62,573 bases of DNA, taken from positions 1 to 62,573 of the forward strand of contig CALGPO010000063.1 in NCBI GenBank assembly GCA_937960465.1, read 5' to 3'. This document shows, one piece after another, positions 8,701-18,156 of the stretch. Below the pieces are notes generated by a model. The model had not been told where the DNA came from and did not search any database. It saw nothing but the letters and a program-made list of their open reading frames with translations. Both the position numbers and the translations under genes were made by a program. This DNA is from an uncultured bacterium. Its GTDB lineage: Bacteria; Nitrospirota; Thermodesulfovibrionia; Thermodesulfovibrionales; Dissulfurispiraceae. How positions within the stretch are numbered: position 1 is the stretch's first letter; each line of letters begins with the position of its first letter.

Positions 8701-9816
8701 ATGACAAAAGCCGAGCATAATGTTGATCTTTTAAATAAGGCTATTGAGACCTTTAATGCTGCTTCTAACACACTGGTCCAATATTACAGCACCCTTGAAG
8801 ATAAGGTCCGCTTGCTGACCGAAGAGGTTGACCACAAAAAGCAATTGCTTAACAGCATCCTCGACAGCATTGATGTAGGCGTTGTCTTTTTTGACAGGGA
8901 TGGGATTATCAGGACCATGAATAAGGCGGCTGAGTGTCTGCTCAATATTAATGCCAGTGATGCAATCGGCGGCACATCAATACATGCTGAAATCCACGAA
9001 GAAGTGATAGTGCCGGCTAATGGTAAGCCTTTTTATGCCCTCGTATCGCGCTCGGACGTAACAGACAATAGTGGAAATGTCATTGGTAATGTCCTCATAT
9101 TCAAAGATATAACAAGGCTTAAACAACTCGAATCCGAAAATGAGAGGAATAGGAGATTGACAGCTATGGGAGAACTCGTTATGAAGATTGCCCATGAGAT
9201 AAGAAATCCCCTCGGCAGCATAGAATTGTTTGCAAGCCTTCTTTCAAATGATTTAAAGGGAACCGAGCATGGAGATTACGCAAACAGGATATCCAGTTCC
9301 GTGAGGTCTCTTGTTAACACCCTTGACAATATGCTCAGGTTCACCAAAGAGGTAAAGCCTAAACCGGAATACTGCTGTTTAAATGACATGGTAAGTGAAA
9401 CATGTGATGAGTTCAAGGAATTATTTGCAAACAGCGATATACAACTTGATTTCTCAGAAAAAGGGCAATACTGGTTGAATATGGATAAAGGACTAATGAG
9501 ACAGGCGCTGATCAATATATTGTTAAACTCTGTTCATGCCATGCCTGATGGAGGGAAGATAGAGATTAGAATACAGAATACAGGAGGCGAAGAGCAGAGG
9601 ACAGAGGAAGTTGAAATTATAATCAGAGATACAGGCATCGGCATGGACGAAGATACGAGGCTGAGGATGTTCGAGCCTTTTTTTTCTACAAAGGACAGAG
9701 GAACAGGGCTTGGGATGTCCATAACTGCAGGAATAATAAAGGCGCACAAAGGGATGATAGATGTAAAAAGCGAAATCGGAAGAGGAACGGAGTTTGTTAT
9801 TAAGCTGCCAAAATAG
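8701..9816 (+). CDS. Cytoplasmic PAS histidine kinase (FleS/FlgS-like)
   Basis: AHEIRNPL H-box, N/G1/F/G2 boxes, no TM. Confidence 0.9.
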   Translation: MTKAEHNVDLLNKAIETFNAASNTLVQYYSTLEDKVRLLTEEVDHKKQLLNSILDSIDVGVVFFDRDGIIRTMNKAAECLLNINASDAIGGTSIHAEIHEEVIVPANGKPFYALVSRSDVTDNSGNVIGNVLIFKDITRLKQLESENERNRRLTAMGELVMKIAHEIRNPLGSIELFASLLSNDLKGTEHGDYANRISSSVRSLVNTLDNMLRFTKEVKPKPEYCCLNDMVSETCDEFKELFANSDIQLDFSEKGQYWLNMDKGLMRQALINILLNSVHAMPDGGKIEIRIQNTGGEEQRTEEVEIIIRDTGIGMDEDTRLRMFEPFFSTKDRGTGLGMSITAGIIKAHKGMIDVKSEIGRGTEFVIKLPK

Positions 9817-9887
9817 AGCGGAAGAGCGGAAGATCAGAAGCATGGAAGAAAAAGTTTGTATTGTCGGACTTCTGCATTTTTGCGCTA

Positions 9888-11210
9888 ATGACTATGAAAC
9901 AAGTATTAATAGTTGATGACGAAATCGACATGGCCCTTGCGATAAAGGAGTCCTTGAAGAGGTGCGGATTCAAGCCTATGGTGTGCCATAATCCTGTGGA
10001 TGCATTATCAGGGCTCAATCTTGCCGATTTTTCTCTCATAATAACCGATATGAAGATGCCTAAAATGAACGGCATCGAATTTCTGCAGGAGATCAGAAGA
10101 AGGGGCATATTTGTGCCTGTAATTGTCATAACAGGTTTTGGCACGGTGGAAAATGCAGTAGATGCCATGAAACTGGGCGCAACAGACTATATTATGAAAC
10201 CATTTTCCTATGATTCACTGAGAAGGGTTATTGACAGAATACTTCCCTCTGAGGATGCGGATATCGTGGCTGAATCCCCGGCTATGAAACACATTATGTC
10301 CATAATAAGAGAGGTTGCCAAGAGCGATATAACGGTTCTTTTATCCGGAGAAAGCGGCACTGGCAAGGAAGTTATTGCAAGGCTTATCCACAAAAACAGT
10401 TTGAGGGCTGACAAACCCTTTGTTGCTATTAATTGTGCCGCTATTTCAGAGAGCCTCCTTGAAGCAGAGCTATTCGGTCATGAAAAAGGCGCATTCACAG
10501 GCGCAGCCGAAAGGAGGCTGGGGAAATTTGAGCTTGCCGACAAAGGGACATTGCTGCTTGATGAGGTAAGCGAGATGGCCTTTCCACTTCAGGCAAAGCT
10601 GCTCAGGGCAATCCAGGAAAGGGAGATAGACAGGATAGGAGGCCGTTCTCCCGTACCTGTGGATGTCAGGATTATAGCCACAACGAACAAAGACCTCCTG
10701 TCCGAGGTGAGAAAGGGAAATTTCAGGGAAGACCTCTATTATCGTTTAAATGTATTCCCCTTAAAGCTGCCTCCACTCAGGGAAAGAAGGGAAGACATAA
10801 TTCCTCTCACGGATTTCTTTATAAAAAAGTTGTCACAGAAGATGGGCAGGGCATTTGAGGTTTCTGACGAACTTAAAGCCTATCTGTTGCAGAGAAATTG
10901 GGAAGGCAATGTCAGGGAGCTTGAAAATCTTATGTACCGAACGGCTGTCATATCCAGATCAGAGGTTTTGCTGCCACCAGCAGATGAATTTGGAGTTCGG
11001 AGTTTAGAGGTTAGAGTACATGTGGCTGAATCTGGTAATACAGGGACAATAAAAGATATGGAGCGGGATTTAATCATAAAGACCCTGAGAGAAACAGGTG
11101 GCAACAGGACAAAGGCAGCACAGTTGCTTGGTGTAAGTGTCAGGACAATTAGAAATAAGATAAAGGAGTTTGGAATAACAGATCAAGTAGTTAAGGGGTC
11201 AAGCAGTTAA
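9888..11210 (+). CDS. sigma54-dependent response regulator (FleR/FlgR-like)
   Basis: REC domain (VDDE, TDMKMP), GAFTGA, HTH; ATG 9888/9894 preferred over TTG 9861. Confidence 0.9.
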   Translation: MTMKQVLIVDDEIDMALAIKESLKRCGFKPMVCHNPVDALSGLNLADFSLIITDMKMPKMNGIEFLQEIRRRGIFVPVIVITGFGTVENAVDAMKLGATDYIMKPFSYDSLRRVIDRILPSEDADIVAESPAMKHIMSIIREVAKSDITVLLSGESGTGKEVIARLIHKNSLRADKPFVAINCAAISESLLEAELFGHEKGAFTGAAERRLGKFELADKGTLLLDEVSEMAFPLQAKLLRAIQEREIDRIGGRSPVPVDVRIIATTNKDLLSEVRKGNFREDLYYRLNVFPLKLPPLRERREDIIPLTDFFIKKLSQKMGRAFEVSDELKAYLLQRNWEGNVRELENLMYRTAVISRSEVLLPPADEFGVRSLEVRVHVAESGNTGTIKDMERDLIIKTLRETGGNRTKAAQLLGVSVRTIRNKIKEFGITDQVVKGSSS

Positions 11211-11228
11211 GGGGTCAAGGGAATATGG

Positions 11229-11244
11229 TGGAATGGAATTTGCT
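11229..11244 (+). promoter_or_regulatory. sigma54 promoter of flgB
   Basis: TGGAAT-GGAAT-TTGCT (GG-N10-GC). Confidence 0.75.
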
Positions 11245-11305
11245 AATGCAAGTTGAGGATTTTTATCCCTTAGCTACTTGACTACTTAGAAGAAGGAGGG
11301 AATAT

Positions 11306-11671
11306 ATGCCGGACAATACAATTAAGGTTTTAGAAAAGATGCTTGATGTTGCAGCATTCAGGCAAAAGGTTCTGGCATCCAATATAGCCAATGCAGATAC
11401 GCCGGGCTATAAGGCAAAGGATATATTCTTTCAAAAAGAGCTGGACAGGGCAATAAAAGCGTCAAGCGTAGAGCGTGGAGTATCAAGCACCGGGCAGAAC
11501 TACGAGGTTTATGAAACGGTTACAACCGTGCCTAACAGGGATGGTAATACCGTCAATCTTGACATAGAGATGGCAAAGGTTGCAGAAAATACATTAATAT
11601 ACAACGCCGCAACCCAGTTGATGACTATGAAAATGAGAATGATTAAAGATGTGATAAAGGGAGGTAGGTAA
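11306..11671 (+). CDS. flgB: Flagellar basal body rod protein FlgB
   Basis: ASNIANADTPGYKAKD, DGNTVNLDIEM. Confidence 0.96.
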   Translation: MPDNTIKVLEKMLDVAAFRQKVLASNIANADTPGYKAKDIFFQKELDRAIKASSVERGVSSTGQNYEVYETVTTVPNRDGNTVNLDIEMAKVAENTLIYNAATQLMTMKMRMIKDVIKGGR

Positions 11672-12078
11672 TGAAAGAGATGTTCATGCCGTTAAAGGTT
11701 AGCGCAACAGCCCTTGAGGCACAGAAAATAAGGATGAATGTTATAGCTTCCAACATCGCCAATGTGAACTCCACGAGGACTCCTGAAGGGGGGCCATACA
11801 GAAGGAGGGATGTAGTTTTTGAATCGTATATGTTTGATGAAAGCTCTGTGGGAGTTAACATCCCGAAGATTGTGGAGGATGGGAGACCCTTCAAAATGGT
11901 CTATGACCCGTCCCATCCTGATGCCAATAAGGACGGATATGTCAGCTATCCGAATATTAACACCATAGAGGAGACTATTAACCTTATATCTGCTATGAGG
12001 GCATATGAGGCCAACTTAACCCTCATTAATTCGTATAAAGAGATGTTTATGAAAACCCTTGACATAACAAAAGTGTAA
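11671..12078 (+). CDS. flgC: Flagellar rod protein FlgC
   Basis: ASNIANVNSTRTPEGGPYRRR, YDPSHPDA. Confidence 0.96.
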   Translation: MKEMFMPLKVSATALEAQKIRMNVIASNIANVNSTRTPEGGPYRRRDVVFESYMFDESSVGVNIPKIVEDGRPFKMVYDPSHPDANKDGYVSYPNINTIEETINLISAMRAYEANLTLINSYKEMFMKTLDITKV

Positions 12079-12156
12079 GGTTAAAGTTAAGGCTAAGGTT
12101 AAGTTTAAAAAGTCTATAAATTCTTAACCTCAACCTGAAATCAGTGGAGGTATTCT

Positions 12157-12450
12157 ATGGATGACATAAAGAAAATAGGAGACATAAGCCAGGGAGTTGC
12201 CCAACCTTCAAAGACAACAAAGAAAAGCGGTGCATCCTTTGAGGATGCCATAAAGGATGCCTTGAACGAGGTTTCTGCTATTCAGAACGAGGCCGAGAAA
12301 GCTATCGAGAACTTTTCAAAGGGAGAGGTTAAGGATATTCATACTGTAGTAATCGCCATGGAAAAGGCTGATGTATCCCTGCAAACCCTGCTGCAGGTGA
12401 GAAACAAATTGCTCACTGCATATGAAGAAATAATGAGGATGCAGGTATAA
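12157..12450 (+). CDS. fliE: FliE
   Basis: QVRNKLLTAYEEIMRMQV. Confidence 0.96.
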   Translation: MDDIKKIGDISQGVAQPSKTTKKSGASFEDAIKDALNEVSAIQNEAEKAIENFSKGEVKDIHTVVIAMEKADVSLQTLLQVRNKLLTAYEEIMRMQV

Positions 12451-12453
12451 CAG

Positions 12454-13992
12454 ATGGCATTAGCAGACATCGTAGAACAGATAAAGGCCTGGCCGCTGAA
12501 AAAGAAACTGTCCCTTGTCTTTGTAGTATTATTGAGTTTTGCCCTTATGGCAGGAATAATGCTCTGGACAGAGAGGGTTGATTATCAGGTCCTCTACAGC
12601 AATCTTTCACAAGAAGACGCGGGGCAGGTAATTGCCAAACTGAAGGAAATGAAGGTTCCGTATAAGGTGGAAGGCAATGTTATTTATGTGCCGGGCAACA
12701 GGGTTTATGAGCTGAGGCTTGAGCTTGCAGCGCAGGGCATCCCCACAGGTGGTGGTGTCGGCTTTGAGATATTTGACAAGACCCAGATAGGGGTCACAGA
12801 GTTTGTACAGAGATTAAACTATGTCAGGGCGATTCAGGGAGAGTTGACAAGGACCATAAGGCAGCTCTCGGAAGTGGATCAGGCAAGGGTTCATATTGCT
12901 ATCCCTGAGAAAACAATATTTACCGAAAAGGAAGATAAACCCACGGCATCTGTTGTGTTGAAACTGAAGCCCGGCCGTGTATTGAGTCAGGGACAGATAG
13001 GCGGCATAGTGCATCTTGTTTCCAGCAGTGTTGAGGGTATGCAGCCTCAAAATGTTACTGTTATAGATAACATGGGCAATCTTCTTTCAAAGCCTGTTGA
13101 TACTACCGATGAGATCGTGGATTCCAAGAAACTCGAATACCAGAAAGCCGTTGATAAGGATTATGAAGGCAGGCTCCAGAGCATGCTGGAGGGGATTACA
13201 GGCAGGGGGAAGGCGATTGTCAGGGTTGCTACAAAGATAGATTTTACGCGGGTCGAAAGGACAGAGGAGAAATTCGATCCCGATACAATTGCCGTTAGAA
13301 ATGAACATCGCACCCAGGAGAAATCGGTGGGGGCAACTCAGGGAGGCATTCCCGGAGTGCTGTCCAATCAGCCCGGACAACAGCCTGCAACAACGGCCGG
13401 CTCTCCATCAACATCACAGAAACAGTCTGAAAACATAAATTATGAGGTGAGCAGGAGTGTCAGTAAGATAATACAGCCGAGGGGCGAGGTAAAGAGTATC
13501 TCTGTTGCAGTGCTTGTTGACGGCACATATAAGAAAGAGAATGGAAAGAAGGTTTATGTGCCTAGGACCGAGGATGACATGAAGAAGTATAAGGAGATAA
13601 TTATGGCTGCCATAGGCTATAATAAGGAAAGGGGCGATCAGGTGATTGTAGAGAACGTGCCTTTCGAAGTAGCCATAGAAGAACTTCCACCTGAGAAGAT
13701 AGATTTTGTAAGACTTACTCTGTCTTTATTGAAGTATATCATTCCTCTTGTTGTAATCGTGCTTCTAATCCTTTTTGTCATTAAACCGATTATAGAGACA
13801 TTGAAGTCCCCTGTAATAAAGAAAGTACCCGAAGAAGATGAGGCGGCCATGCCGGTTGCTGCTCCGGCACCAGCACCAGTGCCTATTGCTGAGGTAGCAC
13901 CAGAGGAAGTTATGAAGGAAGAAGTTACCGAGATGATTAAAAAAGAGCCGCGGCGTGCTGCTATGATACTAAAGGAATGGCTATCAGAATAA
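12454..13992 (+). CDS. fliF: MS-ring protein FliF
   Basis: GFEIFD, RAIQGELTRTI, ARVHIAIPE, two TM segments. Confidence 0.96.
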   Translation: MALADIVEQIKAWPLKKKLSLVFVVLLSFALMAGIMLWTERVDYQVLYSNLSQEDAGQVIAKLKEMKVPYKVEGNVIYVPGNRVYELRLELAAQGIPTGGGVGFEIFDKTQIGVTEFVQRLNYVRAIQGELTRTIRQLSEVDQARVHIAIPEKTIFTEKEDKPTASVVLKLKPGRVLSQGQIGGIVHLVSSSVEGMQPQNVTVIDNMGNLLSKPVDTTDEIVDSKKLEYQKAVDKDYEGRLQSMLEGITGRGKAIVRVATKIDFTRVERTEEKFDPDTIAVRNEHRTQEKSVGATQGGIPGVLSNQPGQQPATTAGSPSTSQKQSENINYEVSRSVSKIIQPRGEVKSISVAVLVDGTYKKENGKKVYVPRTEDDMKKYKEIIMAAIGYNKERGDQVIVENVPFEVAIEELPPEKIDFVRLTLSLLKYIIPLVVIVLLILFVIKPIIETLKSPVIKKVPEEDEAAMPVAAPAPAPVPIAEVAPEEVMKEEVTEMIKKEPRRAAMILKEWLSE

Positions 13993-13995
13993 GAA

Positions 13996-14976
13996 ATGAG
14001 AAAACTTAGTGGTGTGGAGAAGGTTGCTGCATTGCTTTCCATAGTTGGAGAAGAAGCAGCAACACAGATTTTCAAACATCTCGATCCCCTCGAACTGGCA
14101 AGGATTGTCCCAATGATGGCAAAGGTAAAACTCTCTCCTGAAGAAGCCAAAGCAGTTGTGAAGGATTTTTACGACAAGGCTGAAAATGCGATGCTCGCAG
14201 TAGATGAAGAGTATATTAAAAAGATACTCACAAAGGCATTTGGAGAAGATCAGGCAAAAAAATTGATGGAGAAGATCGAGAGCGGCGCCAGCGCATTTGA
14301 TATTCTGAGATGGCTTGATTCGAACGCTGTAGCCAATATGCTTACGAGGGAACATCCCCAGACCATTGCCATTGTCCTTGCACATCTTGAGCCAACGCAG
14401 GCTGCTGAGGTGCTTGCAAAGCTCCCTGAGCACATAAAGATAGACGTCGCTCTGAGGATTGCAAGCCTTGATCAGATTTCCCCTACCATACTCGGAGAGC
14501 TGGAAGACGTCCTTCAGTCGCAACTCCAGAGCTATACGAGGGGAAGGAAGATCGGCGGCATCAGGACAGTGGCAGAAATAATGAACCAATTAGACAGGGC
14601 ATCGGAAGATCTAATTTTAAAGAACATAGAAGAAAAAGACCAGATACTCGCTGACGAGATAAGAAAGCTCATGTTCACATTTGACGACCTTATCCATATC
14701 GATGACAGGGGCATACAGATGGTGCTGAAGGAGATAACTACTGATGACCTTGCACTTGCCTTAAAGATGGCATCCGAAGAGTTGAAGGCAAAGATATTCA
14801 AGAATATGTCACAGAGGGCAGTGCAGATACTTAAGGAAGAAATGGAGGCAAAAGGTGCAGTCAGGGTTTCTGATGTTGAAAAGGCCCAGATGAATATAGT
14901 GAGGGTGGCAAGGAGACTGGAAGAAGAGGGAAAGATAGTTATCGGAGGCAAGGGTGGAGAAGAAGTCATCGTCTAA
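13996..14976 (+). CDS. fliG: Motor switch protein FliG
   Basis: EHPQTIA, MFTFDDL, NMSQRA. Confidence 0.96.
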   Translation: MRKLSGVEKVAALLSIVGEEAATQIFKHLDPLELARIVPMMAKVKLSPEEAKAVVKDFYDKAENAMLAVDEEYIKKILTKAFGEDQAKKLMEKIESGASAFDILRWLDSNAVANMLTREHPQTIAIVLAHLEPTQAAEVLAKLPEHIKIDVALRIASLDQISPTILGELEDVLQSQLQSYTRGRKIGGIRTVAEIMNQLDRASEDLILKNIEEKDQILADEIRKLMFTFDDLIHIDDRGIQMVLKEITTDDLALALKMASEELKAKIFKNMSQRAVQILKEEMEAKGAVRVSDVEKAQMNIVRVARRLEEEGKIVIGGKGGEEVIV

Positions 14977-15613
14977 TAATGACCTTGATTCTGTCCAGCC
15001 TTACAGACCTGTACAGTTTGAAGAAGACGCCTCGCTTAAAAAAGCACATAAGAAGGAGATAAAAGAAGAGGATATCTATGCACGGATAAAGGCATCCGAG
15101 AAAGAAGGTTACGAAAAAGGTTACGAAAAAGGTTATGCTGCTGGATATGAGAAGGGAATAAAAGATGGTGAAAAAGAGGCATTATTAAAGCTCAAGCGTC
15201 TCGAGGGAATTATTGAGGAACTGGAGGGTTATAAGGGAAAAAAGACCCATGAACTGCTGCCCCTGATTATAGATCTCTCGCTGGAAATTGCAAAAAGGGT
15301 CATACATAAAGAAGTGGAACTGGATAAGAATATAGTAATGTATATTGCCCAGGATGCAATAAAGAAAGTAGAGGAAAGCGAAGAGAGCATAGTGATAAAG
15401 GTGAATCCTCTGGATTACGAGGTGATGGTTGCAAATATCAATCTATTAAAAGAACAGTCTGGATTAAAGAATATTTCTGTTGAGCCTCAATCTAATATAT
15501 CTCCGGGCGGCTGTTATATAGAGATGCAGACCGGAGAGATAGATTCGAGGATAGAGGAACAGATAAAAGAAATCAGTGATGCTGTCAATACAGCAATTCA
15601 TAGAGAAGTGTAA
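14954..15613 (+). CDS. fliH: FliH
   Basis: GxxxG repeats (EGYEKGYEKG), GGC.IE...GEIDSRIE. Confidence 0.9.
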   Translation: MEKKSSSNNDLDSVQPYRPVQFEEDASLKKAHKKEIKEEDIYARIKASEKEGYEKGYEKGYAAGYEKGIKDGEKEALLKLKRLEGIIEELEGYKGKKTHELLPLIIDLSLEIAKRVIHKEVELDKNIVMYIAQDAIKKVEESEESIVIKVNPLDYEVMVANINLLKEQSGLKNISVEPQSNISPGGCYIEMQTGEIDSRIEEQIKEISDAVNTAIHREV

Positions 15614-17054
15614 GGACTCTGTAAGGGAAACAGACCCTATTAAAGTTTATGGGAGGGTAAACAAAGGCGTAGGTCTTGTTATCGAGGGTCTGGGTCCACG
15701 TGCCAATATTGGCGATATATGTCTGATAGAGTCAGGAGTCAGGAGTCAAAACTCAAAACTCAAAACTCAAAACTCAAAACTCAAAACTCAAAACTCAAAA
15801 CTCAAAAGTCAAAACTCTGAATTTAAAACTCAAAACTCAAAACTCAAAAGTCAAAACTCTGAATTTAAAACTCAAAACTTAAAACTCAAAACTCAAAACT
15901 CTGAATTTATAGAGGCAGAGGTTATCGGGTTTAAAGAGGATAAGATACTTCTTATGCCCCTCGGCGACATCAGGGGTATTGGTCCGGGTTCCAGAATAAT
16001 AGCACGGGGAAGGCAGAGATATGCAAGAGTCAGTGAGGAACTTCTTGGCAGGGTCATTGATGGTCTCGGAAACCCTATTGATGGAAAAGGACGCATAACA
16101 GGGCAGCTTTACCCCATTTACAATGAGCCTATCAATCCATTGCACAGGCGCAGAATTTCAGAGCCATTAGACCTCGGTATAAAGGCTATAAACACCATGC
16201 TTACTTGCGGCAAAGGACAGAGGATAGGCATAATGGCAGGAAGCGGTGTTGGAAAGAGCGTCCTGCTCGGTATGATGGCAAGGAATACAACTGCAGATGT
16301 CAATGTTATAGCCCTGATAGGTGAAAGGGGCAGGGAGGTAAGGGAGTTTATAGAAAAGGATCTTGGTGACGAAGGACTTAAGCGGTCTGTGATTATCGTT
16401 GCCACATCTGATACATCGCCCCTGATACGAATAAGAGGTGCATTTGTTGCCACTGCTATTGCGGAATACTTCAGGTCTAAGGACAAAAACGTTCTTTTTA
16501 TGATGGATTCTCTAACAAGGTTTGCTATGGCACAAAGAGAGATAGGACTTGCAGCAGGCGAGCCGCCTACAACGAAAGGTTATCCGCCGTCGGTATTCAA
16601 TCTCCTTCCAAGGCTTCTTGAAAGGGCAGGCACATGCGATGGCCCAGGGACAATCACAGGACTTTATACGGTTCTTGTGGAAGGTGATGATATGAACGAG
16701 CCCATTGCCGATGCAGCCAGATCGATTCTCGATGGCCATATAGTACTTTCGAGGGAATTGGCGAACCACAACCAGTATCCTGCCATAGATGTATTGCAGA
16801 GCATAAGCAGACTGATGAAGGATATAACGGACGATAGGCATAAGATGCATGTAGAGAAGGCTCTGGACATAATGGCTATTTATAAGAGGTACGAGGATGT
16901 AATTACAATAGGTGCTTACAAAGAGGGAACCAACCCGAAACTTGACTATGCAATAAAGATGATGGACAAATTAAGGGCATTCCTGAGGCAGGACATAACA
17001 GACAAGGTCTCCTTTGAGGAAGGGTTGAATGAGCTGTATAAATTATTTGAGTAG
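15576..17054 (+). CDS. fliI: Flagellar export ATPase FliI with a ~59-aa repeat insertion
   Basis: AGSGVGKS Walker A, GERGREV, MDSLTRFA. Confidence 0.95.
   Translation: MMLSIQQFIEKCKDSVRETDPIKVYGRVNKGVGLVIEGLGPRANIGDICLIESGVRSQNSKLKTQNSKLKTQNSKLKSQNSEFKTQNSKLKSQNSEFKTQNLKLKTQNSEFIEAEVIGFKEDKILLMPLGDIRGIGPGSRIIARGRQRYARVSEELLGRVIDGLGNPIDGKGRITGQLYPIYNEPINPLHRRRISEPLDLGIKAINTMLTCGKGQRIGIMAGSGVGKSVLLGMMARNTTADVNVIALIGERGREVREFIEKDLGDEGLKRSVIIVATSDTSPLIRIRGAFVATAIAEYFRSKDKNVLFMMDSLTRFAMAQREIGLAAGEPPTTKGYPPSVFNLLPRLLERAGTCDGPGTITGLYTVLVEGDDMNEPIADAARSILDGHIVLSRELANHNQYPAIDVLQSISRLMKDITDDRHKMHVEKALDIMAIYKRYEDVITIGAYKEGTNPKLDYAIKMMDKLRAFLRQDITDKVSFEEGLNELYKLFE
15729..15908 (+). repeat. Heptamer tandem array (GGAGTCA then TCAAAAC-type units, about 25 units) in-frame within fliI
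   Basis: Directly visible; encodes (TQNSKLK)n. Confidence 0.95.
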
Positions 17055-17114
17055 CGAAATAGTAAATGGGTTTTAAATTTTGATTCATTTATTCATTAAC
17101 TCATTTACTCACTA

Positions 17115-17558
17115 ATGCTTATGAGGACTCCACTTGAAAGCCTTTTGAACCTTAAGATATGGAAGGAGGACGAAGCAAAGAACCGGTTTGCAATCTTTCT
17201 TAAAGAGCTTGCAATAGAAGAAAGGCGGCTTCATGAATTGGAAGTTCAGTACAGTTCTACAGGCAAAAGGTTAGAGTGTACTGATGAACTGGTGAATATT
17301 GATGAGATAAAAAGGCTAAATGAATATCTGGAACATTTATTGATAAAGATACATCAGCAGAAAAAGGTTATCGCTGAAAAGGAAAGGCAGGTGGAAGATG
17401 CAAGGAAGGCACTTGTTGAGGCTTCAAAAGAAAAGAAGATATTCGAGAAACTCGATGAAAAACATAAGTCTGCTTTAAAAAAAGAACACAAGAGGAAGGA
17501 ACAGATAGGGACAGACGAGCATGCTGTTACAGGACATCATAGAAAAAAAAGGTTATAG
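17115..17558 (+). CDS. fliJ: FliJ
   Basis: Coiled coil after fliI, EKKIFEKL...EQ...DE. Confidence 0.88.
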   Translation: MLMRTPLESLLNLKIWKEDEAKNRFAIFLKELAIEERRLHELEVQYSSTGKRLECTDELVNIDEIKRLNEYLEHLLIKIHQQKKVIAEKERQVEDARKALVEASKEKKIFEKLDEKHKSALKKEHKRKEQIGTDEHAVTGHHRKKRL

Positions 17559-18039
17559 CTCATTAGTTATAGGTTATTGGCCGAGGATATTTTTAATTTT
17601 TTTATTTTCTATAACCTATAACCTGTTGCCTATTACCTATTGCCCATTATCTGTCTATGCCCAGCAACCTGCAGCGCAACAGAAGTCTCCAGCATCTCTT
17701 GAAGAGGAGAGGCTTACTATACTTAAAGCAGATATTAAGAAAGAAGTTGAACGGCTTGAAAAACTAAAAAAAGAGATAGAAGAAGCGCAGAAGGCCTTAG
17801 ATATTAAGATTCAGGAAGGACTCCTCAAAGTAGTAAAGATGTACGAAGCAATGCCTCCTGAAGAGGCAGCGAGAAAACTGGAAAAACTGGACGAAGATTC
17901 AGCAGTGATAATATTAAACTCCCTCAAGCCGAAAACTGCCGGCAAGATACTTGCTCAAATGGACAATGACAAGGCAGCATCCCTCTCAAAGAAGATACTC
18001 ATAAAAGGGAAAGTTCTGCAGGAAAAAACTTCCCAATAG
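17521..18039 (+). CDS. MotE/FlbB-like (MgtE_N) flagellar protein
   Basis: KMYEAMPPEEAA...LKPKTAGKILAQMD. Confidence 0.8.
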   Translation: MLLQDIIEKKGYSSLVIGYWPRIFLIFLFSITYNLLPITYCPLSVYAQQPAAQQKSPASLEEERLTILKADIKKEVERLEKLKKEIEEAQKALDIKIQEGLLKVVKMYEAMPPEEAARKLEKLDEDSAVIILNSLKPKTAGKILAQMDNDKAASLSKKILIKGKVLQEKTSQ

Positions 18040-18053
18040 GAAAAAACTTCCCA
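18020..18053. promoter_or_regulatory. Tandem 16-bp repeat AGGAAAAAACTTCCCA, candidate activator sites
   Basis: Two copies with an 18-bp period, each GGAA-N5-TTCC, 55-85 bp upstream of a sigma54 promoter. Confidence 0.5.
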
Positions 18054-18106
18054 CTACCTTCCCATTTTTTCTTAACCTCAACCTTGGCCTTAACCTGTTT
18101 TTAATC

Positions 18107-18122
18107 TGGCATGTCTATTGCT
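18107..18122 (+). promoter_or_regulatory. sigma54 promoter of fliK-flgD-flgE
   Basis: TGGCAT-GTCTA-TTGCT. Confidence 0.8.
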
Positions 18123-18156
18123 TATCCTTTTGTTAAATCCATCTGGAGGTTAATGG

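Noticed and set aside
15729-15908. Intein or intron in fliI
   Set aside because: No intein terminal motifs or intron structure; a pure heptamer array
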